Of a stretch of 64,000 nucleotides of DNA, positions 12,301 to 25,730 are shown piece after piece (within the stretch, counting starts at the first letter, position 1; the number at the start of each line of letters is the position of its first letter). This stretch comes from Octopus sinensis (lineage: Eukaryota). Below the pieces are notes generated by a model, which was not told where the DNA came from, searched no databases, and saw nothing but the letters and a program-made list of their open reading frames with translations. The stretch is taken from contig NC_043002.1 in assembly GCF_006345805.1 (NCBI RefSeq), positions 28,086,001-28,150,000 of the forward strand, in the 5' to 3' direction. Position numbers and translations under genes: made by a program.

Positions 12301-12884
12301 AAATAATTTTTTAGCAAAGATTCTCAATTTACCGTTATTGTGATAACAACACAATATTTCGCGAGCCATAATTGACAATTATTCTTTTTGTTCTTTTTTC
12401 TATTCACGGAGCCGAAACTCACATCTTCTCACTATAACAGTCCAGACCAACTAGTGTTGCATTCTGGGGAACCGGAAGTAAGCAAGCTATTTACCACACA
12501 GCCACTCCTGTGCCTATATGTATAGTAATATCATCAGCTGTTTAATACTATTACTCCTTAGGATTGCATAAAACTAGAAATACTTACTTGGGGTATAATA
12601 TTTAGATAGGTCTAACTAAGCTTTACTTTTCTTAGCATAGCACCCCCCCTCACCATCTTACTATGGCGTTACTCGGTTATCTCTCTGTATTAGACCACAA
12701 ATAAGTTGCCTGAGATACACCAATACCTTATATTTCAATAGGGATCTGTCATTGACTGAGGCACTACATGACTGTTGTTAAACAGGCATCGATGTTATAA
12801 TGGAAAATCGCCCAAAGTTTGTTAGTGGATCATTTAATATATGACTGATTTCCAACATAATACGAGGCAGTCCACTAATGTGGT

Positions 12885-13315
12885 AATTTACGCCCGGCGT
12901 GCTAACGTTTCTTCCAGCTCACCGCCTTGTAATTCTTCTTTAGTTTAGGTACAAGGTCCGAAATTTTGGGGAGGGGTGCCAGTCGATTAGATCGATCTCA
13001 GTACCCAACTGGTACTTAATTTATCGAACCCGAAAGGATGAAAGGCAAAGTCGACCTCGGCGGAATTTGAACTCAGAACGTAACAGCAGACGAAATACCT
13101 ATTTCTTTACTACCCACAAGGGGCTAAGCACAGAGAGGACAAACAAGGACAGACAAACGGATTAAGTCGATTATATCGACTCCAGTGCGTAACTGGTACT
13201 TATTTAATCGACCCTGAAAGGATGCGAGGCAAAGTCGACCTCGGCGGAATTTCAACTCAGAATGTAGCAGCAGACGAAATACCGCTAAGCATTTTACCCG
13301 GCGTGCTATAAGTTC
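12885..13315 (-). mobile_element. SINE family B, two nested/tandem copies
   Basis: Two copies of the core gaaaggatgaaaggcaaagtcgacctcggcggaatttgaactcagaacg (plus strand). The same family is at 19358, 42345 and 43637. Confidence 0.85.
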
Positions 13316-14679
13316 AAATATAGGTTGCGAACCTCATTAAGGGATAATAAAATCCAATGAATATACTGGTTTATTACCTATCACAAGAAGTATTGAATAT
13401 TACAATTAAAATACAACTATAAAGTAACTGGATAAACAGGGTTTTATATATATTTTTTAAAGAAAAACAAAGAAAATAGAGAGATAATCAAATTAATAAT
13501 TATTTATTAATTATAAAATTGGACATTATCTCTGACAGCTGTTTCGATTCAAGACATTAGAAATCAATCGGCATAATTTAAAACATATTAAAGCTGAATG
13601 TCATCTGAGTTGGATAAAGATATACCATTAGATTTTCATGTACCAGTGTGTTGAGTATACGGCTCCAAACCGTTAACTGATAAATGCTATAGAGAAAGAA
13701 CATGGTATGAACTATACAAAGAGGGGAAGGTAGCATATTTGTTGAAGTTATAAAAATAAATAAGAATTAAAATAAAGAATAGGGTATGGTATTAAACTAA
13801 TATCTCCCTCTAGAGTATTAAATAAAAGAAATTGTAAAGGTGGTTATATGAACGTGATAGCAGTATATTATAGATAGTTAATTATATTATGGAGAAGTAG
13901 TATTTAAAATTAATATGATATAGTATTATAGTGCATTATTTTAGGTGCAATAAAATTCAGTATAAATACAATAGAGATGAAATAAAAATGCAAGAAGCCT
14001 AAAATAAAGTAAATTAATAAAATAATAAAACAATATATTACTGAGTAAACAAGTGAGAATTTGTTTTTATGTAAGTAAAAGCATAAAAAATAAGGCAACA
14101 CGCATATACACACAAAATGTAAGTAATTAATTATATGCAAAAGACGTGCTAAAAAGTTTTGTGCGAAATTAATACCTAATATATAAAGTAACCTAAAAGA
14201 TAAGATAAGAACTTAAGTTCTTATCTTATCTCTTTTACATAAGAACTTAAGTGCACAAGATTTCTATACTGCACCGCAAACCAATAAACAACATCTAAAA
14301 CGTAATACCAAACCTTGTAAAAGGTGCAGATTATGATAATTATATTTTTTATTCTAACTGAACACCTTCCAACATTTGCTACGCGAAAAATCACAAAAGT
14401 CTATGAACAATTTTATTACAAGCCACGTAATATAGATTACGAATGATAACATAGATTATCGATAGAATTAAATGTTGTAATCTCTGTTGCATTATGGGAT
14501 ATTCCTTGAATATGTCAAGACTGTTGAGAATGTAATGAAAGAATATGTCAAATTTTATGTTTCAGCGGTTGACGTCTACCTGAATTTTTAAAAAAAAGCT
14601 TGTCAGGAAGCTAAAAGTACCTATCCCATACGTGAACCAAACAAAATTCTACGAGTACATATATTTTCTTACTAATGTA

Positions 14680-14691
14680 TTATTATTATTA

Positions 14692-14739
<48 letters not shown>

Positions 14740-14743
14740 GTTA

Positions 14744-14792
<49 letters not shown>

Positions 14793-15090
14793 ACGTCGCA
14801 CAGTATAAAATATCGCGAGGTTGTTGATTGAAGATATGTCTATCACCCGTAACCTCATATCTATACTTACGGCATAATAGCCAGTGGAGGTTTTGGACTA
14901 CCTTGTCATATCTACGCTTGTACTCTTTCTGCGCAAGAATTTCACAAGCACTAACAATGTAAATCACGCTTTTGACCCTCTTCCCACACATTCTACAGAG
15001 GCCCCTTGCACTTCTAGGGTAGACAGTTGCGGTCGAACTTTGAGAGCGTTAGTCTCGTTATTGACCTCGCGTTGGAATATCGGATTGTTA
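14680..15090 (-). mobile_element. R4/Dong-like fragment (zinc-knuckle region) running into a (TAA)n array
   Basis: LCRMCGKRVKSVIYIVSACEILAQKEYKRRYDKVVQNLHW; (TTA)n at 14680-14790. Confidence 0.75.
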
Positions 15091-15129
15091 TTGTGCGAAC
15101 GGTTATAATAAGATAACTAACTCTTGTTA

Positions 15130-15612
15130 CATTGTATGTTATCAAACATACAGGCTAAAACATCAAAGACATTGGATCCCTACCTTTTGACCTATAGAGT
15201 TAAAAAAATAATCTTTTGTAACTAAACACTTTCAAGCTTCGGACACTGGTAGAATGTGTCATATAAAACGTCTTTTACTCCTAGCATTTTTGAGAAAAAC
15301 TTATATTTACGAAGTTATTTCACGTTAAAGTAGTCGTATTTCGGTAATTTCAACCAATCAATGACGTGTATTCAGTAGAATAAAATTACTGCCGTTGTTT
15401 GTCAACAACTATCGTTGGTGGATTTTTCGTTTGTCACTGTTATTTATGACATCGTTGGTGCGTTTGTACTGGTTTTAGCTTTAAGGTTTTAGGGTTAGCG
15501 TTAGGGTTTTAAGGTTAGGGTTAGGGTTTTAGGGTTAAGGTTATGGTTTTAGGGATAGGGTTAGAGTTTTAGGGTTAGGATTTTAGGGTTAGAGAAATTC
15601 GATCTCTGGGAT
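15130..15612. mobile_element. Non-coding repeat element containing a degenerate (TTAGGG)-like array at 15470-15592
   Basis: About 18 TTAGGG/TTTTAGGG variants embedded in a non-coding unit. A Helentron/HINE-like identity is only inferred. Confidence 0.45.
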
Positions 15613-15619
15613 TTACCCA

Positions 15620-16010
15620 TTAACCACTACTGCAAAACTGTAATAGTTACAGGCACAAGAATTAAAGAAAGTATTCCCAGATGTATTTTCAGACGAACTA
15701 GGTGCATGTTTGAAAACAAAAGCAAAATTTGTGGTAAAAGAGAGAATGCTGTACCAATTTTTTAAACCGAATAGACAGGATAAAAAACTTGGATTACAAT
15801 AATGACAAAAAGCGCTAAGCCTAAAAATGTTGAAGCAGGCGAAAAAGTGTTTTTTGAAACATACAGGTATGGAAAACAACAATGGAAGGACGGTATTATT
15901 TGTATTAGAACTTAGAAAACGATCTATATGGTAAAAAATGGCAAAAGGACAAGTGTTCAATTTCAAACGACATGCAGACCAGCTGAGAAAAAGTTACACC
16001 GAGGATAACC
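15620..16010 (+). mobile_element. Internally deleted Ty3/Gypsy pol relic
   Basis: ELKKVFPDVFSDELGACLKTKAKFVVKENAVPIF (protease-RT linker) is joined within ~50 bp to GEKVFFETYRYGKQQWKDG..KRHADQLRK (integrase C-terminus). Confidence 0.65.
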
Positions 16011-16011
16011 C

Positions 16012-16053
<42 letters not shown>

Positions 16054-16202
16054 TTAAGTAGTTGAATGAATTATCCTAGTATGGATAATTCGGTTAACCG
16101 ATACCCGGGTAGCAAATTTACGTCAGAAAGCACGGTTGAAGCTACATGCCAAGGGCAGAAATCACGTGCTTTCGTGTGGAAATTTGTGTGTTTTTTTACT
16201 AT

Positions 16203-16323
16203 AGATAAATGAAAGAATGGAGTCGAACGACGATTTAACAAAATTCCTTTATTCTCGACACATGTTTCGTAGACTGCAGTCTACGAAACATGTTGTCGTT
16301 CGACTCCATTCTTTCATTTATCT
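16203..16323. repeat. Fold-back (inverted) PLE pseudo-LTR remnant with half-hammerheads
   Basis: Outer 29-bp inverted repeat plus inner palindrome acatgtttcgtagac-tgca-gtctacgaaacatgt. The minus strand matches the pLTR at 9984-10040 (gaaacatRtgtcgagaataaaggaattttgttaa). Confidence 0.75.
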
Positions 16324-16339
16324 CTCTCTCTCTCTCTCA

Positions 16340-16385
<46 letters not shown>

Positions 16386-19357
16386 CCATGTATGTATGTA
16401 TGTATGTATGTATGTATGTATGTATGTATGTATGTATGTGTGTCTGCACATATGTATGTATGTGTGTCTGCACATATGTATGTATGTGTATATGGATGTA
16501 CAAAATTAAAATAGCATTGCAAAGCAAGAACTTGTACATAGTACTTGAAAGTGTAAAGAAAATATTTTATAGACACAAGAATATTGCAACATATGATGTG
16601 GTGCCAAAATGTTCCCGGACTAGTTCTGAAGTGTGCCAACAGGTGGCTAAACAAAATCAGGACAAATGTTACTATTGTTATCACAAAAGATGTAAAACGT
16701 GCTGCAGTTCAAATAAAACACGGAGACAGCCACTATTGTTAAAGGATAATAATTCGAAACCGTGTATAACCCGTAAAGATAACGACTAGACAAAAATCAA
16801 CGCAGGATATATAGTGAGAGAAAAATCTCTATGTAGAACGAGATCAGATTTTCAAACGTATTACTGGTATTTTATTCTGTTCATAAGTTTATACTGAACA
16901 ACATTTGAATCTGGTAAAGTAAAATAATTTTAATTTCCATTTTTCAACGTGATCATCATCATTTATGGGGTTATTTTGGGTCACAACATGTTGCGAAATA
17001 TGATACTATTCGAAAATCTTTTCGTCGCCTCTCTTTAGATAATTTTGACGACCTATAATGCACAGGCTAATGTTATATGTATGTATTAGTGCGGCATAGG
17101 AATGCTTAGTGGTTTAAAGATATCAGATTATTTGGTGTATAATTGAGATTGCATAAAGTAATGATAACACTGGGAACACACCTCAATAAGAATAGTAATG
17201 ACGCCACTGCAAACAAATCCGGTTAAGAATCGTTCAAAAGCAACGAGTTCTTAAGCACATGCAATATAAGAATGTTGTTGGGAAGGCTGACGTTACTAGA
17301 AATTACTTTTTGTATGAAGTTGTCTAAATGTGGTAAAATTCTATATCAGCGATTTAACATTTTTCCAATCGAAACCATTTTGCACCATGAATTATTTTGA
17401 TACCAGCGGTGTAAACTTGTAATAATTTGTGTTTGTGTTTTTAACCACATATGTGTTTTTGTCCACTATACAACCTACTACTAGTATATTAAAAAAATAG
17501 CGTGAAGAGAATCGATGAGTCCGATATTAAGCAAAGGGTTAGGTGTGTGTTAAAAAGACTGATTTAGACGATATATACTGAATCGCTCAAAATCTATAAT
17601 TGCCTCGAAATTATAGATTATATATAGCTCATTCGTAAAATCTACTTAGGCTTACAGAACACTGAAATATTTTGACGCTGGTTGCCTAATAATTTTTTAT
17701 CTAAAAAGTCACTTAGAATCTCCTTGAAAAATATTAGGAATGTGATCGCATTATAGAAAAATATATTCAACATACCTTACCAAACAACTTTATTCTCCCG
17801 CACAATAATCTTTATGTATTTCTGCATAACAACGTTAACAATACAGAAACTGAAAAACACGAACACGTCGTAAGAGAATTATCGAAATTATAAATACTCA
17901 CAAGAGACCTAAAACTATTTTCAGATAAACGTAACACTAAAATCCAGAAAATGAGCAATACTTTAATAATAATTATAAGCTTTATTTTTAATATACCATT
18001 AAGACCCGAACACTTGCCCAACAGTTTTTCGTGAACATCACAAAATTTTATAGCATCCATTCTATCCTTGACATCAATGTTATAGATTACAACAAATAAC
18101 TTGGATAACATTAGAATTAAGTGTTTAAATTTATTGTGTATCATGTGATATTTGATCTTTATGGTCAGAATATGTAAGAACTAAAGAACGAAAATGTCAA
18201 ATTTGTAGCACGTATACAAGGATTTCACTACCAAGGAATATACTGATCAACCTGCTATGAAGGTGTAAGGGAATACCCAATAACATATCCGGATACGAAC
18301 ATTTGCAAGGACGTATAGATATTTACTAATGTTACTACATTGATGCAAGAGTAGAAATAATTGTTCGGAGTGGAGTACACTACTTCGCTGGTACTAAATT
18401 TATCGACCTAAGGATGACGCATATCAAATATATTCAGATTTGAACACACTTTTAGCAGATTACAAAATACAAAGTTGATTTCTACTGTATGGGCAAGTAT
18501 ACAAAAGTGAGACTAGGCAACAGACTTAAATATAACTTTTACTTCTGACTTGAAATAATTTCGTAATATCTGAAAGTATGAATGAATAGTTATACATAGC
18601 AGTAATTTGACCTAGTACGTATTTTAATTTGAAAATTCAAAATATTGCTAAATTTATGAATAATGACTTTTGTCTTTTTTTTCAATTTTAAAATAATCCC
18701 GATTTATTTTCTACATCCAGACGTCTGATCGGATTTAAAACGTGTGCTGACAGATAAAAAGAGACCGACTGATTCGACTCCTTTCAAAGAGACTATAGAC
18801 TTAATTGCCCTTGCAATTTAATTATATTAATTTTGAATTATTAGCAGAAATGTGTATCTATGAACCATCTTCAAATAAGGGTATGAAAATGGGTAGTTGT
18901 TATAGGATTTTGCTTTAAATCTATCTAACGTAACTCCATCTATCACCACACACAAAATCAACTCACACGCTGAAAGTATCGTTGTCACCAATATATACAT
19001 AACAGAGTTTGTAACTAAGATAAAAAAATAACACCAGATTTAAATATCTTGCATTATGTTTTATGATGCAATATTTCCTTACGTTGTTGTCGATAATTTT
19101 TTGAGGAAAAGAAATGAAATATCAAATTTGTATATTTTTCAGAGAGAGAGAGACAGTTGCGTCGAGTTATTCAGAAAATACTGTCCCCTAATCGAAAAAG
19201 CTTTTCCCGTAAAGTCACCAGATAAGGCTTTGCACAAGTACATATACTGTTTTTTACTCCTCTGACTATTTTTACTAAATCGTCATGTTTATATACATTT
19301 AATTATATAGTGGCCCATTTACTATTATTTACTAATATCTAATATTTCATACATTTC

Positions 19358-19620
19358 AGGTGGTGAGCTGGTAGAATCGTTAACGCTCTGGGCAAAATGC
19401 TGAGCGGCATTTCATCCGTCTTTACGTTCTGACTCCTATTTCCGTGGTCGATGAAATAAGCACCAGTCAAGCACTAATTTCAAATTTCATCGAGTTCGAC
19501 TTTGTCTTCCATTCTTCGGGGTAAATGGAATAAGTGCCAGTTGAATATTAGGGTCGACGTAATCGACTAACTCCCTCTCCTGAAATTACTAGATTTGGGC
19601 CAAAATTTAAAACCATCATT
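19358..19620 (+). mobile_element. SINE family B (rearranged)
   Basis: ggtggtgagctggtagaatcgttaacg.. head and core motif. Confidence 0.75.
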
Positions 19621-19865
19621 CCATGCAAGTTGTTCGAGCTAAATTTGACAGTTTGCACAAAAGGCAAAGAAATCACAATTTTCCATCCAAAAATGAATGT
19701 ATTTTAAAATATCAAACAAAATAGGGTAAATGTTTTTATTTTTCATTCCCTTTCAGAATTGCAACTATTGTGGCTTGGAGTTTTAACTGCTCTTTCTAGT
19801 GAGTCAGATGTCCTATCATTGGTCATCTCTTATGTGTTTGAATGTACACTGTATTCTTATATATA

Positions 19866-19904
<39 letters not shown>

Positions 19905-22149
19905 TTATAACTAAAATTTTGAATTCATTAAGTTATAAGTCCATCCTACTTCTCTTGCTTATATTCTATTCTGAATTCGCAAGCCCCAGCAGTAAAACGT
20001 TCACGTATCCATTACAAATATTATGTAACAATACTTGTATCAAGTGGATTACATTTGTATTCATAGAGGTGTATGCTACCATGGTTAACAATGAAAGTGT
20101 AGATATCAAGGAATCTGCCATCAATGGAATGTTCACGAGTAGACATCAAAGTCGTTCACATCCTATTAAAACATTTTTGTTGACTCTGTGACCCTGCAAC
20201 ACTTGTGTATCAGTTCTTCACCGCACTACTGTGCATGTCATTCATAGGTTTGTGCTTCTCTGATGTTCTTACATATCTTATTGCTAATTGTACTCTCTCT
20301 TCCGGGAGCATTCCTGTTGAGTAATCAACAGCACACTTATCATATATAGATGAATAAAGTAAGTAATGTTTACCAGGTTGATGCTATTGTAGTACAGTTA
20401 TTTTTTGCATTGTTTATCGGTGAGCACATGCTTTTACATGTCAGAACATAGCATATTTCTTCCACCTAGACGGCGCCTTATTCGTAAACACGAGGCTGTT
20501 TCAATTCCTCTGGAAATATTTTTTACTCTGACCGGTGACATCGTTATGGAAAGGAATCATCCATTGGTGTCATGGTAAGTGCACATTTTATTTTGTTGTA
20601 CCCATCGGCTGAGTAAGAACTTTAGAATTTAGCTGGCTACCAGTGATAAACACCATACTTCAAAGATACTAACTCAATCCAAGTATGCCCGACACAATAA
20701 ATGATTATTAGTAGCAGCACTCGTGAATATTTCACGGAATTAATGGTAAACCTATTTCTACAAACTTTATCCAAAAAACCTGAAAGCGTAGCCTGTGTTG
20801 TGTTTGAAAGGAAAGTTAGCCGCTTGTCTGCTATTCGTTGAAAAGTGAAATAAATCGGAATACAATGATTATTCAATGCTCTTTATATACTTTATGCACA
20901 ATTTTATAGACTTAATACGCAGCACTCATGAAATAAAAATTCACTCTTATTTTTCTATTTTTCCCATATACAAAAGAAATATCCCGTACATATGATACAA
21001 ACTTTAGTTAAGTTGCATATATCTTCCACGTAAATAAGCCTGAATATTTCACGGAATTGCACTTATGCGCATACGTAAAGTGATGGGTGATACAAAAAAG
21101 CACTTAGTTCAATTTTTAAAAAAATACTTTCACTATCCAATCACCACCACCTCCATCACTACCATCACCGCCACCACCACGTTCATCTCCCCCCTCTCCT
21201 CTCTCTCCCGCCTTTCTCTCCCTCCTCTCTCTTGCTCTCTTTCTCCCCTCTCTGTCATTCTTTAACCTCAACACCAGAACATCATCCCCCACTAAAATCA
21301 TTACATTTCCCCTACCTCAAGTCATGTACGCTTCTCTCTCCCTCTTTTTCTTTCTCTCTCTTTCTGTTTCACTCTTCGCGTTATCCTCTTTTATTCTCTC
21401 CGTTTTCTTTCTCTCTTTCCTTTCAACTAATCACGTGAAAGCGTTACAATTACATTCCCGACGGGCCAAGTAACATAATGACAAGCAGAATTATTACAAG
21501 ATTATTATTTCTAAAATCAATTAATAATGTAGCACTGAAAACACATTTTTCAGTGGTTTTGGCCCATTAATTTCTTTGAGTTTCTCAATTGATATTCGAA
21601 TTATAAATTGATATGATAACCATAGACAAATTGGTATCCATATGCCAATATAAGTCCATATAATTAACATTGGTAATTTTAATTAAATTACACGAATTTT
21701 ATTGTATTTAATACATAAAACTTGAAATGCGAAAATGTGAACCATCCTCAGAATTTAATTGTTCTCATACAGTCAAGGAGTTAAATCCAATTAATTTGTA
21801 AGGTTAGCCAATCGTGAGAGCCAGTCCTAAATCACAAACTTACACATTATATTACTGATTGCATCCAATTAATAGATTACAGATTCCTTGGATGAGGAGA
21901 TATTTTATGTGAATATATTTATAAAGACAGTTTCTATAAGCTTATAGTTTGCATTAGCTTTCGCTTTTACAATATATCAAACACATTTTTTGCAGTTTGG
22001 ACACAAACCTGAATATAGAAAACACTGGCTGTACAAGTGAGTTAAATACAGTATTTCTAACACAAATTCATCAACGTTACTGTCACTGTAATGTCAATTA
22101 TATATCACTTTGATTTCATTATAATTCTCCTAATCGTTTTAGTTGCTGG

Positions 22150-22480
22150 GTGGAGATGTGACTTTTGATGACCCTCTGACTTTAGTGAGTCTGGTGCCGT
22201 TGAGGGCCCATTTCAACTGTTGTATTTCGATTCCTGCAGGAAAGACAAGAGGCGCGGGAGAAATTCCTAATGGCCGATCTTCTGAAGTATAAGACATGAT
22301 GCAGCTTCGTGAGAAAAGTAAACTGGTAGCGAGGAATGGAGAGGCAATTGAATGTTTGATTGGAAGGAGTACGGGAGTAACCAGCCCCTGGAGACAAGTT
22401 TTTATAGCAATTTTAGAAAAGACGGGGGAAGTTGGCGGGATGTCTGTGGGTGAGAGCCTAGAGCGTTTTTGTGAGTGATG
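22150..22480 (-). mobile_element. Possible L1/Tx1 ORF2 C-terminal zinc-finger relic
   Basis: IPRYQFTFLTKLHH..SCLSCRNRNTTVE resembles the P..F.W..H..L..CxxC..ET.H pattern. The match is weak. Confidence 0.3.
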
Positions 22481-23189
22481 TCATGCCAATTAGACTAGCA
22501 GCTATCTTGGGGGTGCGATCGATTACATAGAGGCAACAGTATCCCAAATACTGAGTCAATGTTCCATTGTGGTCCCCACTTTATCATTTCATTGTTAAGG
22601 GTTGAAATATTTTGTAGCCATGAAAAGAAGAGCTAATCTTTAGAATACTGGCCTAGTTCTGTTAAAATTGACTTGTCACCAAAGGAGAACCTCAGTGGTA
22701 GTGTGGCCCTCTAGAATTTGGAGCCATTGTCAGGGCTCTAGCTGAAAGCAGCTCATGTTTAATGTGAGCATGGTATACGGGAGCGAGGTCTCCGCAATAG
22801 GCCTGCTTATAACTAATAAACTACTCAGTTAAAAAACGTAAATAAGATATGTGCAATATATATTTAATATCCCATTATAATGTGGTTTCCATACTTCTGG
22901 AATAGCAAAGTTAGTATCTCAAATACAATGACATCAAGAGAAGTAAAAAGGATATTATATTATAAAACTTACTCATGTGATAACACGAGTTTCTATTATT
23001 GATAACTTTGATTATTCCTAAATTGTTACTAGAATATCAATGCAATTCAGTGGTACTTCACATAGTTACAATGTGATATAATTTAAGTTTTACAGTCATG
23101 AAGAAAACAGTCCCTTGCTGTGTGAAGGCCACTGAAAGTAGTTCGAAAGAGGAAGGAGATATTCTCAAACTGAAAACTGAATGCTTACA

Positions 23190-23740
23190 ATCCAGTGGAT
23201 TCTACTAAAAGCATTCAAATACCAGATGAAGACAATGTTACAGTGACTGTGAATTCTGATCGACGTTGTGTGATGCTAGAAACGTTTCTGAAACCGAAAT
23301 TGAATGAACTTGATGGAAACAACGTTTGGTTTCAACAGGATGGGGTAACAGCCACACTTTTCGATTTGCGATGGGGATTTTGAGGGAGATTTTACCCGGT
23401 CATTTGATCTCATTGTGCGGTGAAATCGGTTAGCCCGCTCGATCACCTTATTTGCACCCGTGCGATTTTTTCCTGAGGGGGTACATGAAATCAGAAGTAT
23501 ACATTCATCGCCCTCAATCTATTGAACAATTAAAAGATGCCATTCGGCAAGAAATTGCTGCCATTCCACATGAAATGACTCGTCGAGTTATGGACAACTT
23601 TCGTGAACGCTTTCGACAGCGTGTGGACAATAACAGCACCCACTTGACTGGTTTAATTTTTAAAACCAAATGAAATTAAATGGCAATATATGTACATTCC
23701 GTAAATAAAAACATATTTTTCGTTCTTTACTCCATTTTGC
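23190..23740 (+). mobile_element. Tc1/mariner-superfamily transposase 3' relic (rosa/DD41D-like motifs)
   Basis: VTVNSDR..MLETFL..WFQQDG..PARSPYLHPCDFFLRGYMKSEVY..LKDAIRQEI, across ORFs 23195-23383 and 23452-23673. Confidence 0.8.
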
Positions 23741-23760
23741 TTTTATTAAACCTACAAATA

Positions 23761-25051
23761 CGAGGGGCGTTCAATAAGTAATGCCCCTGACCCACTTCCC
23801 ATAGCAGTAGAGCAACGAAACTTGGCACAGTTATTAGTCTTTTTCTACATAGGAACCACCCAGAGTTACGCATTTCTTCCATCGTTTGATGCAGCTCTGA
23901 AGACCGTTTTTGTAGAAGACCCCAGCTTGGTCCTCCAACCACGACGTGACTTCAGAAATCAAGGCTGCATCATCTGGGAAACGCTTTCCTTTCAAAAACA
24001 ACTTCATGGCTGGGAAGAGGTGAAAATCAGAGGGTGCAGGTCAGGAGAGTAGGGAGAATGGGGGATGGGTTCATAGCCGCACGCCTGTGCTTCTGATCTG
24101 GCGACACGCGAGTTGTGGATCGGAGCGTTGTCCTGCAGGAGGAGGATGCCTTTGCTGATCTTGCCCCGCCTCTTGATTTTGATAGCTTCTCTTAATTTCC
24201 TCAAAAGTGAAGCATAATAGACTCCTGTAATTGTGGCACCCTTTGCCAAGAAATCTGTCATCACTACTCCGTCCTGGTCCCAGAAGACTGTGAGCATGAC
24301 CTTGCCAGCGGAGGGCTGCACCCTTGCCTTCTTTGGAGGAGGTGAGTCACGGTGCTTCCACTGCATTGACTGGGCTTTGGTCTCTGGATCATGGTGATGG
24401 ACCCAGGTTTCATCCTGTGTAATCAGTCTTTTGAAAAATTTTGACTCATCTTCTTGGCACATCTTCAAATTCATCCTCGCGCAATCGACGCGTTCTTGGT
24501 TCTGGAAAGGTGTGAGCAGCCTGGGAATCCATCTGGCAGACACCTTTTGCATATGCAAATGGTCATGAATGATAGTTTCCACAGACCCGGTACTAATCTT
24601 GACCTCATGGGCTATTTGGCGAATAGTTATGCGTCGATCTTCCAAAATGGCAGCCTCAACTTGACGGACAGATGCCTCATCAATGGCAGAAGGGGGCGAC
24701 CAGATCTGGGAGCTGTTTCCACAAAGTTCTGACCATGTTTGAATTCACGATGCCAGCGTTTTACAAGGTCATATGATGGGGCATCATCACCATAAGTTAC
24801 TTTTATTTCATCAAAAGACTCCCGTGGAGTGCCTCCTTTCAAATACAAAAACCGCATCACTGCTCGACACTCAACAGGCTCCGTTTCACACTTGACTCAG
24901 TTCAAACACCTGTAAATCAGAAACCACAATTAATTCAGAGCTGTAATTTGCCACTTACTCTATAGAGATATAAATAATTGCACATGCAAAATTTCAGCTA
25001 GATCAAACAACTGCAAGTGGGTCAGAGGCATTACTTATTGAACGCCCCTCG
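23761..25051 (-). mobile_element. Full-length mariner (DD34D-type), 1291 bp, non-functional transposase
   Basis: ~37-bp TIRs cgaggggcgttcaataagtaatgcc[c/t]ctgacccactt with a TA target duplication at 23759-60 and 25052-53. Motifs WIPRLLT, ITQDETW, QDNAP, YSPDL. Frameshifts at ~24640, ~24010 and ~23930; the likely start codon reads ACG. Confidence 0.95.
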
Positions 25052-25489
25052 TATATGTGAGTGCTTGTGTGATGATATATGTTAAAACATTTCGATATGA
25101 AACTGAAGGATTACTACATACTTTTTAGTTGAGTACATATTTTACTGCAGCAAAGAAAAGGTTCATAACGAGTGCGAAATCTCGGCGTGAATACACGCAT
25201 AAACACATGCACATACATAGACGCATGTACATAAACAGACAGACAGGTAGACACACAAGCAGGCAGACAGACAATCAGACAGATAGATTGATTTTACAAG
25301 GAAACTGTTGTATATTGTTTCGATTTCCCAAGTCATATGGAGATTTATGTGGTGGGGTGAGGGTTCATCAATATCAATACCCACCTTATTCTTCAAAAAC
25401 CTACAGATACTTCAAATTTCACCATAAGTCTCACAAGCTGATTAACAAACTATTAACAAAATATTGTGAAAATATGATATTCTGCAATA

Positions 25490-25610
25490 TTTGACACCAG
25501 GATTTATTCTTTGTAAACCTAGTACTTATTCTATCGGTTTATTTTGCCGAACCGCTAGGTTTCGGGGACGTAAAGCGATGGCGGGGGGTAAAACACACTC
25601 ACACACACAT
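25490..25610 (-). mobile_element. SINE family A, 3' fragment
   Basis: ttattctttgtaaacctagtacttattctatcgg..gccgaaccgcta matches 41800-41860. Confidence 0.7.
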
Positions 25611-25615
25611 ATATA

Positions 25616-25673
<58 letters not shown>

Positions 25674-25730
25674 TAGATAGATAGATAGATAGATAGATGT
25701 ACGGGTGTGTGTGATTGTGTATAGAAGAAT

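Noticed and set aside
13500-13560. Minus-strand GAAA-CAGCUG-UC motif suggesting an HHR
   Set aside because: The CUGANGA box and stem I cannot be formed convincingly; at best it is a relic.
17812-18144. 110-aa minus-strand ORF
   Set aside because: It has no recognisable motif or splice support, and is plausible by chance in AT-rich DNA.
20010-20385. Minus-strand reading frame of ~130 codons with two stops (HQPGKHYLLY..EHSIDGRFLDIY)
   Set aside because: It looks protein-like, but I recognise no family and the splice acceptor is weak.
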